Shown: positions 7,836-15,099 of the stretch, piece after piece
Numbering within the stretch: the stretch's first letter is position 1
Layout: each line of letters opens with the position of its first letter
Program-made: the position numbers and the translations under genes
Notes under the pieces: generated by a model
The model's database searches: none
What the model was told of the DNA's origin: nothing
The model's input: the letters and a program-made list of their open reading frames with translations, nothing else
Source: an uncultured cyanobacterium
GTDB lineage: Bacteria > Cyanobacteriota > Cyanobacteriia > Cyanobacteriales > Microcystaceae
DNA: 15,099 bases
Assembly: GCA_963807635.1 (NCBI GenBank)
Contig: CAWEDJ010000082.1
Coordinates: 1-15,099 of the forward strand
Direction: 5' to 3'

Positions 7836-7881
7836 GTAGGGACATAATCACAATCAATCATAACAACGCAATCATAAACCC

Positions 7882-8967
7882 ATGACAACTACCCTTCAGC
7901 AGCGCGAAAGCGCCTCTACTTGGGAGCAGTTCTGTCAGTGGATCACCAGCACCAACAACCGTATCTATGTCGGTTGGTTCGGTACTCTGATGATCCCTAC
8001 CCTGTTAACTGCCACCACTTGCTTCATCATCGCCTTCATCGCCGCTCCTCCCGTTGACATCGACGGTATCCGTGAGCCTGTGGCAGGTTCCTTACTCTAC
8101 GGAAACAACATCATCTCCGGTGCAGTTGTTCCTAGCTCCAACGCAATCGGTCTTCACTTCTACCCCATCTGGGAAGCAGCTTCCTTAGATGAGTGGCTCT
8201 ACAACGGTGGTCCTTACCAATTGGTTGTTTTCCACTTCCTCATCGGCATCTTCTGCTACATGGGTCGTCAGTGGGAACTTTCCTACCGCTTAGGGATGCG
8301 TCCTTGGATCTGTGTTGCTTACTCGCACCTGTTGTCTGCCGCAACCGCAGTTTTCCTGATCTACCCCATCGGACAAGGTTCCTTCTCTGACGGGATGCCT
8401 TTGGGAATCTCTGGAACCTTCAACTTCATGATCGTGTTCCAAGCTGAGCACAACATCTTGATGCACCCCTTCCACATGTTGGGAGTAGCTGGTGTCTTCG
8501 GTGGTTCTTTGTTCTCCGCTATGCACGGTTCCTTAGTTACCTCCAGCTTGGTTCGTGAAACCACTGAAGTCGAATCTCAAAACTACGGTTACAAGTTCGG
8601 TCAAGAAGAAGAAACCTACAACATCGTTGCAGCTCACGGCTACTTCGGTCGCTTGATCTTCCAATACGCTTCTTTCAACAACAGCCGTTCCTTGCACTTC
8701 TTCTTAGGTGCATGGCCTGTCATCGGTATCTGGTTCACCGCAATGGGTGTAAGCACGATGGCATTCAACTTGAATGGATTCAACTTCAACCAATCCATTC
8801 TTGACTCCCAAGGTCGTGTAATCGGAACACTGGGCTGATGTGCTTGAACCGCGCTAACATCGGTTTTGAAGTGATGCACGAACGTAATGCTCACAACTTC
8901 CCCCTTGATTTGGCATGCTGGCGAACAAGCTCCTGTAGCTTTGACCGCTCCTGCAATTCACGGTTAA
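7882..8967 (+). CDS. psbA: Photosystem II D1 protein, standard Gln130 form, with apparent indels near 8325-8335, ~8828, ~8843 and ~8915
   Basis: [10 protein letters not shown]...; Y161 (LIYPIG), D170 (SFSDGMP), E189/H190 (QAEHN). The C-terminal [16 protein letters not shown]...[15 protein letters not shown] is readable in shifted frames to TAA 8965-8967. The span is 1086 nt against 1083 for a 360-aa D1. Confidence 0.98.
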
Positions 8968-9000
8968 TTTCAACAGCCGATTAATTGAATATTTCTTTGA

Positions 9001-9031
9001 AAGGGACTCTCTAAATTTAGGGAGTCTTTTT
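9001..9031 (+). terminator. Rho-independent terminator after psbA, probably bidirectional
   Basis: Stem GACTCTCTA / TAGGGAGTC (9005-9013 / 9018-9026, one G-U pair), followed by TTTTT and preceded by an A-rich run. Lies between convergent genes. Confidence 0.8.
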
Positions 9032-9066
9032 CGGTAAAGGCAGTTTTTTAGGCGATAGGGAATGAG

Positions 9067-9726
9067 TTAATCCACCTTGATCTTCGCTTTGTTGGAAGCG
9101 TTAGACCTTTTCTTATTTCTTTTGAAAAAAGTTCCAAAAAGTACGGCAGTAGAAGCTCCTAGAATCACTTTGGGTTCCGACACAGCTTCTCCTATTTGAG
9201 AGCCACCGAGGCTAGTGCCGTTTAGGTTGAGTGTGACGACGTATCCATCTCCTGGAGTTAGACCGTCAAGATCTAGTTCGGTCGTTAAATAGGCATTTAC
9301 GATGTCTGAACGCTGAATCCCAAAGTCAAAGGGGATAAAGCTATTCGTTTCCGCAAAGCCACCTAGCCCAGCCAGAGTTAAACTGGCACCGTTAGGAGGA
9401 CTGGAACCTGGAGGAGCGATAAAACTGGAGGACGATTCTGGCGATAATTTGCTGAAATATAACGGGATAAAAATATTGGTCAGGAGAGGGGTGACGATGT
9501 GATAGATAAATTTCACAACATGAATAGGCTTATCTCTACTGGGATCATGAATTCTGATTTTTAAGTTAAAAGAGTCAGTTTGATTGAAAGTATTTGGTAA
9601 AAAAGGTGCGAAGTCTGTTCTAAAAAGCTGAGTAGAGACTGCCATCGATCGCGTATTAAAACCACTAGCTAGGACTAAGCTAATCCCCAGACCCGCAGTG
9701 CAACTGATGAATTTTGTTATTTTCAA
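9067..9726 (-). CDS. PEP-CTERM-like sorting-domain surface protein (variant VSEP motif)
   Basis: N-terminal signal-like segment. C-terminal AVSEPKVILGASTAVLFGTFFKRNKKR matches the cyanobacterial VPEP.TILG..TA..FG.FFKR pattern (motif, transmembrane helix, basic tail). Confidence 0.8.
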   Translation of the reverse strand: MKITKFISCTAGLGISLVLASGFNTRSMAVSTQLFRTDFAPFLPNTFNQTDSFNLKIRIHDPSRDKPIHVVKFIYHIVTPLLTNIFIPLYFSKLSPESSSSFIAPPGSSPPNGASLTLAGLGGFAETNSFIPFDFGIQRSDIVNAYLTTELDLDGLTPGDGYVVTLNLNGTSLGGSQIGEAVSEPKVILGASTAVLFGTFFKRNKKRSNASNKAKIKVD

Positions 9727-9912
9727 GGTTAATTCCCTGTATTTGACAAAAAATTGATGTGTCGGGAAATCATGGTATCATGAACTCTGATATTCAGCGT
9801 TTTTTGTATCTAAACTTAACAATTCATCATGCACGAGCCAAATTTTTACCTCAAAAGCCCGAAAAAGAGGTAAATCATCGTATTTTTGAACTTCAGATAA
9901 AATAAATCGATA

Positions 9913-10638
9913 TTAAGGATTATTCGACTGTAAATCTGCTAAACCCAAGGATTGTAAGGTATTTTCCCAGTCAGTTTTTAGGGATTGATCATTGGGGTTG
10001 GCTTGTTTGGCTTGAACTAAGGATTCTAAAAAGTCGTACCAAATTCCTTGTTGTCCAAACCAGATCGCTTTTTTGATCGGATTTTCACGTTGATTAGGAA
10101 TTGATACATTGATGCGCTCAATCCTCGCTTCAATGACGGGATCGTTGGGATGGGGATTTTTTCCGCAGACTAGGATGACTGCCCATGTGTAGGTTTTTCC
10201 CACTTCTAAAGAAGGGGCTTCATCGGGAAGTTTGAGGCTAATTAGACCTGGTTGGGGGGGGATGGGAAAGGAAGTTTGGGCATAATGTTTTATACCGCCG
10301 TTTGGCTGTTCTTCCATCACGCTCAGCATGATTTTACTGGCGGTTGTTTCAGGTAAATAAATCCAAAAGGTGGGATGGGCTGATGTGGTTGAGCCTTGTC
10401 CATTGAGAGGGACTAGGGGCGTTAACCCTGTTTGAGGCGCATTAGATTCAGGATCTTCCAGACATTTTTTGTCATTAGTCCGCCGTCCCCCCAGGGCTGT
10501 TTTGTGGGGTTTGGCATCATCTGCTGGTGGTTTAAAGGTTATCTGATGGTTGGTTATGTCGGCGATCGCGGCATTAGGAGTAACGAGTAAAAATGCTAGG
10601 GCGATAGAATTGAACCAGCTATTTTTTTTGAATATCAT
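9913..10638 (-). CDS. DUF928 domain protein, exported
   Basis: Signal peptide, F.PP...GGRR...C, LTPLVP...G.TTSAHPTFWIYLP, PGLISLKLP...LEVGKTYTW...C, GIWYD.L..L, W..LLQSLGL-like end, all characteristic of DUF928. Confidence 0.9.
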   Translation of the reverse strand: MIFKKNSWFNSIALAFLLVTPNAAIADITNHQITFKPPADDAKPHKTALGGRRTNDKKCLEDPESNAPQTGLTPLVPLNGQGSTTSAHPTFWIYLPETTASKIMLSVMEEQPNGGIKHYAQTSFPIPPQPGLISLKLPDEAPSLEVGKTYTWAVILVCGKNPHPNDPVIEARIERINVSIPNQRENPIKKAIWFGQQGIWYDFLESLVQAKQANPNDQSLKTDWENTLQSLGLADLQSNNP

Positions 10639-10926
10639 AATTAACGCTGAAAAAGGGCAAATAAGCTTTTTATATCCTATAGAACAACTCTTTTTGCCAT
10701 TGATGATGACGAATTGGTTGCCATAGCTATCATTAGACTGAAAATTGATGATCTTGACAATAGGAAATAGTATGGAAATAGTCTGTTTTTTTTGATAAAT
10801 TTTATAACAACCTGTGGAAAATCTGGTTTACTTATAATCAAGACTACCAAGACTCTAGGTCTGCTATCTTATTATAATCAAAATAATCACGGCTAAATTG
10901 ACGACTTTTGGGTTTAGTCCAACCTA

Positions 10927-13900
10927 GTGGAGCTAAAACTAAGATTAGGGGCAGAAGTGAGCCAGGAAAACGAGTGTAGTATTTTAATTGTTGATGATTC
11001 GGAAAGCGATCGCGCAGTCTATGTTCGCTACCTTCAGGCTGAAAAAAATTTTAATTATCAAATTATAGAAACAGATACTTTAGAGGCCGCCTTAGAAAGT
11101 TGGGAAAGGAACCGTCCCGATTTAGTACTACTCGATATTAATTTGCCCGATGGGAATGGGCTGGAATTTTTGGAAGCGATCGCCCGAAATTGCTCCACGC
11201 CCAAGTTACCTGTCATTGTGATGACGAGCCAAACGGATACACGAATTTTACTCGATGCCATGAAAAAAGGAGCGAGTGACTATTTATTTAAAGAAGAGAG
11301 AAATTCTGATGTTTTTCGTCGTCGTGTTGCCCATCTATTCAATGAATTGGAACTGTCGCAGAGATTAGCACGATTAAAGCAACAGGAAATGCTTAGTGCA
11401 GAGATTGCTCTACGGATTCGGGCATTTTTAAATTTAGAAGATATTTATCAGGCGATTGTCACGGAAATTCGCGCTTTTCTCAACACCGATCGCGTTATTG
11501 TCTATCAGTTTAATCCCGACATGAGCGGTCAAATTGTCGCTGAATCTGTCATTCCTCCCTGGGAGCCGTCTCTCCATGCTCAGGTTATCGATAACTGTCT
11601 TCGGGATAACCAGGGCATTGCCTATCAACAGGGTAAAGTCTTTTCGGTCTCGGATATTTATGACGCGAATTTAACGGATTGCCATGTGGAATTACTGGCG
11701 GACTTTCAGGTGCGGGCAAATTTGGTTGTTCCGATTCTCTTACCCCATACGGTTGCGCCAAACCAATCCCCTTTGGGGGTTACTGATTGCCCATGAATGT
11801 TCTGGGCCACGCCGTTGGAAAACTGATGACATTGAATTCCTCCAGCGTTTATCGGTACAATTGGCGATCGCGCTCCAACAGTCCGTCGCCTATGAACAAC
11901 TGCAAAACGAACTAGCCCAAAGAAAACGAGCTGAATCAACCCTACAAAAACTGATCGCAGGAACGTCCTCTGTGACGGGGAAAGCCTTTTTTCCTGCGTT
12001 TGCTCAGAATGTGGCTGAGGTTTTGGATGTTCGTTATGCCTTAATTACTGAAGTGGATGAGGATTACCTTCGGACTTTGGGATTTTGGGCAATGGAGCCT
12101 TGCAACCGTCTATTTCCTATCATGCTGTCCATACTCCCTGCGAATATTCCCTCAGAGACGGGGAATTTTACTGTGAACAACTGATTCAAAAACTTTTTCC
12201 TCAAGATTTAGATCTGGTGACGATGCAGGCAGAAAGCTATTTGGGAGTGGTCTTGAAGGATCATGAGGGGAATGCGATTGGTAATCTTTGCATTCTCGAC
12301 ACCAAACCTATTGCCAAACATAAACGGGTAGAGGCGATCGCGATTCTCAAAATTTTTGCCGCGAGAGCCAGCGCGGAATTACAACGAAAACAGGCTGATG
12401 AAAAACTTCAACAACTTAATCAATACCTAGAAGTTCAAGTTGAACAGCGTACTGCCGCCCTACAAGAGAGTGAAATCACCAATCGGACGATTTTACAAAC
12501 CATTCCCGATTTATTATTGCGTCTTAGTCGGGATGGAACTTGTTTGGACTACATAGAACCCAGAATTGAGAAGGATAAATTTCTGCCCATTGTTCATCAC
12601 ATTTCCGAAGTTTTACCCCCAGAAATCGTCCAAAATACGTTACAGGTGATAGAGCGGGCGATTGCCACCAAGGAGTTGCAAATCCATGAACATCAAATAA
12701 TCAAACAGGAGCGTCTGACCTATGAAGAAATTAGGGTACTGGCGATCAATGAGCAAGAAGTTTTAGTGATCGTGCGGGATATCAGCGATCGCAAACAAGT
12801 CGAAGAACAGTTGCAAAAAACAACTAATCGCCTTGCTATTGCCCTCAAATCTGGGTCTATCGGTTATTGGGAGTGGGATTTAGCTAATAATATCTGCCTT
12901 TGGGATGAACGAATGTATGAACTGTATGGCGTTGATAAAAAATCTAATTCTCTTGCGGAATGCGAAATTTTAGCAAACGCACTCCATCCCGATGACCGTA
13001 ACTCCGTCGAAACACTACTCCAACAAGCCATCTTAGGAGAGGCAGAATACGATACAGAATTTCGGATCGTTCATTCCGATAGCAGTATCCATTTTATTAA
13101 AGGCCTATGGAGTAGTTTTAAGAGATACTCAGGGCAATCCTCAGAGTATTATTGGGGTTAATTTTGATATTAGCGATCGCAAGCGAGCAGAACAATCTCT
13201 AGAGGAATCGCGACAATTTTTGCAAACTGTCCTAGATACCTTTCCCCTTTCTGTTTTTTGGAAAGACCGTCAATCTGTCTATTTAGGGTGCAATCAAAAT
13301 TTTTGCCCAGGGTGCGAACCTGACTTCTACTAATGAAATAGTAGGGAAAAATGACTACGATTTACCCTGGGGAGCCAAGGAAGCGGCTTTTTATCAAGCG
13401 GATGATCGACAAGTCATCAATCAGGTGTCCCTAAACTCGCGATTGAAGAAACCATTACCTTAGGGACAGGGGAAACTCGATGGATTGAAACCAATAAAAT
13501 TCCCCTACGAGATTTAAACGGTAATGTGATCGGCGTAGTTGGGACTTTTCAGGATATCAGCGATCGCAAACAGGCTGAAGACAATCTCAAAAACGAAAGA
13601 TTACGATTACAATTAGCCCTAGATGCGGCCAAATGGGAGCCTGGAGTCGTAGTTCTGAATCCCATCAACTGATTTGGTCTGATCGGGTTCAGGAAATTTT
13701 TGGGTTTGTGCCAGGGACTTTTTCGGGTGATCCAGAAACCTTTGTGGCGATGATCCATCCCAAAGACCGTGATCGCGTTATGGAAGCCCTCGCCCACACC
13801 TTTGCGACAGGAGAACCCTATCATCTCGACTATCGTATTTTCCGACTAGATGGTGAAATGCGTTGGATAAGCGTTTGGGCGATTCTCACTGAAAGGTTAT

Positions 13901-15069
13901 CCACAGACGAACGACAACTGATCGGCGTGATTGCAGACATCAGCGATCGCAAACAAGCCAAAAAGCCCTACGAAAATCTCAGCAATTTATTCAAACCATC
14001 ATTAACACCGTTCCCCTTCCCCTGTTTTGGAAAGATCGGCAATCTGTCTTTTTAGGATGCAATCAACAACTCGCCCAACTACTAGGTTTAAGCTCAACGA
14101 CTGAAATTGAGGGGAAAACCGACTTTGATTTCTTCTAACCGAAGACCAAGCGATCGCCTATCAGGCAGGAGATCAACGGGTAATCACCTCAGGAGAAGCC
14201 GAACTCGGTAGAGAAGAAACTTATACATTAGAGAATGGAGAACTGAATTGGATTGAAACCCACAAAGCCCCCCTCAGAGATGAAGAGGATAATATTATTG
14301 GCGTGGTGGGAATGTTTCAGAATATCAACGAGCGAAAGCACTACGAACTGGCTTTATATCAAAAGAATACCGAACTCGAAAAATTACTCCAGTTACGGGA
14401 GGAAACCCTAGAATTGCGGGAAGATATGTCTAACATGATTGTCGATGATCTACGCACTCCCTTAACAACGATTACCCTTGCGGCAGGAATGATCAATAAA
14501 TACGGCGATCGCGTAGGACAAAGAGCCTTGATCGTCCGCAAAGCAGGAGAGATCCCAGATTCTGCTAAACAACTGGAAAAAATGATCGACAGTTTGTTGT
14601 TTATGGCGAAACTAGAAGCAGGAAAAATATTATTCAACCTAATTCCAACGGATCTGAACCGTTTAGGGTCTGAGGTAATCGCTGATTTTGAATTGATCGC
14701 TCATGCCCGTGATATTGAGTTACACAGTGAATTACCTAATTTGGGTAAAACGATTCTCGTGGATGCAATGATTTTACGGCGTATCATTGACAATTTGGGA
14801 ATTGAAATTTTCTCCTAGCGGTGGTCAATTCACGAAATGGAATATTTACCTGAAAACCGATTGAAAGTTAAAGTGGAGACACGGGAACGGGAATCAGTGA
14901 AGCGAAAAAAAAAGATTTTTCAAAAATTTGAGATCTTAAGCTTGAAGAGAAATGTTTCTCAGACGGGGTTAGGTCTGGCTGTTTGTTAAACTGCGTCGAA
15001 GCCCAGGGAAGGAACCTTAGCTATTCAGATAATCATCCCCAGGGTGTTATCTTTATCGTAGAAATCTAA
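10927..15069 (+). CDS. Large hybrid sensor histidine kinase: REC - cyanobacteriochrome GAF - GAF - 5 PAS/PAC - HisKA - HATPase, broken by many indels (alternative start GTG 10957)
   Basis: REC ([27 protein letters not shown]). GAF1 ([35 protein letters not shown]). GAF2 (TPCEY...AESYLGV). PAC ends DISDRK at ~12778, 13166, 13553 and 13936, and NINERK at ~14321. H-box [17 protein letters not shown]2 box QTGLGLA near 14960. Ends [13 protein letters not shown] at TAA 15067-15069. ORF-track fragments join across frameshifts at about 11760, 12085, 13105, 13300, 13420, 13632, 13960, 14135 and several after 14790. Confidence 0.88.
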
Positions 15070-15099
15070 CCTAATTGCGTCAGACATAATTAAAAATGG

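Larger units (their letters stand above)
3497..14513. repeat. HIP1 octamers (GCGATCGC), dispersed
   Basis: Found at about 3497, 4352, 5923, 6555, 6842, 7684, 10562, 11006, 11176, 11864, 12333, 12785, 13173, 13560, 13943, 14150 and 14506. None seen in 1-3490 or inside psbA. Confidence 0.9.

Noticed and set aside
8193..8894. Four short ORFs overlapping psbA
   Set aside because: Alternative-frame or antisense products of the strongly biased psbA codon usage.
8820..8967. A truncated 318-aa 'rogue' D1 lacking the C-terminal Mn ligands
   Set aside because: The canonical C-terminus (H332, E333, D342, A344) is present in shifted frames. The truncation comes from single-base insertions that are probably errors.
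11058..14637. Minus-strand ORFs inside the kinase, and the plus-strand fragments treated as separate genes
   Set aside because: The minus ORFs are antisense shadows. The plus fragments join mid-domain into one continuous kinase.

Overview
Cyanobacterial genomic DNA: it contains psbA and about 17 HIP1 GCGATCGC octamers, and the proteins resemble those of unicellular Chroococcales/Synechocystis. The left ~3.3 kb is an AT-rich, HIP1-free accessory block. It holds a minus-strand gene of at least 674 codons that the ORF track missed because it runs off the window edge. Its product has a Tat-like signal peptide, a DnaJ-C-like domain, three 72-75-aa helical repeats, a duplicated Gly/Ala-rich hydrophobic region and a PH-like C-terminal domain. 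A small membrane protein gene lies upstream, an HTH gene diverges from it, and an IS66 transposase remnant marks the border. The rest is mostly ordinary: Atx1/CopZ, N-acylglucosamine 2-epimerase, a PIN/TRAM protein, queE, dcd, psbA (Gln130 D1 with an HLR1 promoter motif), a PEP-CTERM-like protein, DUF928, and a large REC-GAF(cyanobacteriochrome)-GAF-5xPAS-histidine kinase. Single-base indels break genes from ~5.6 kb onward, including psbA, and increase toward the right end. They are most likely sequencing or consensus errors rather than true pseudogenes.
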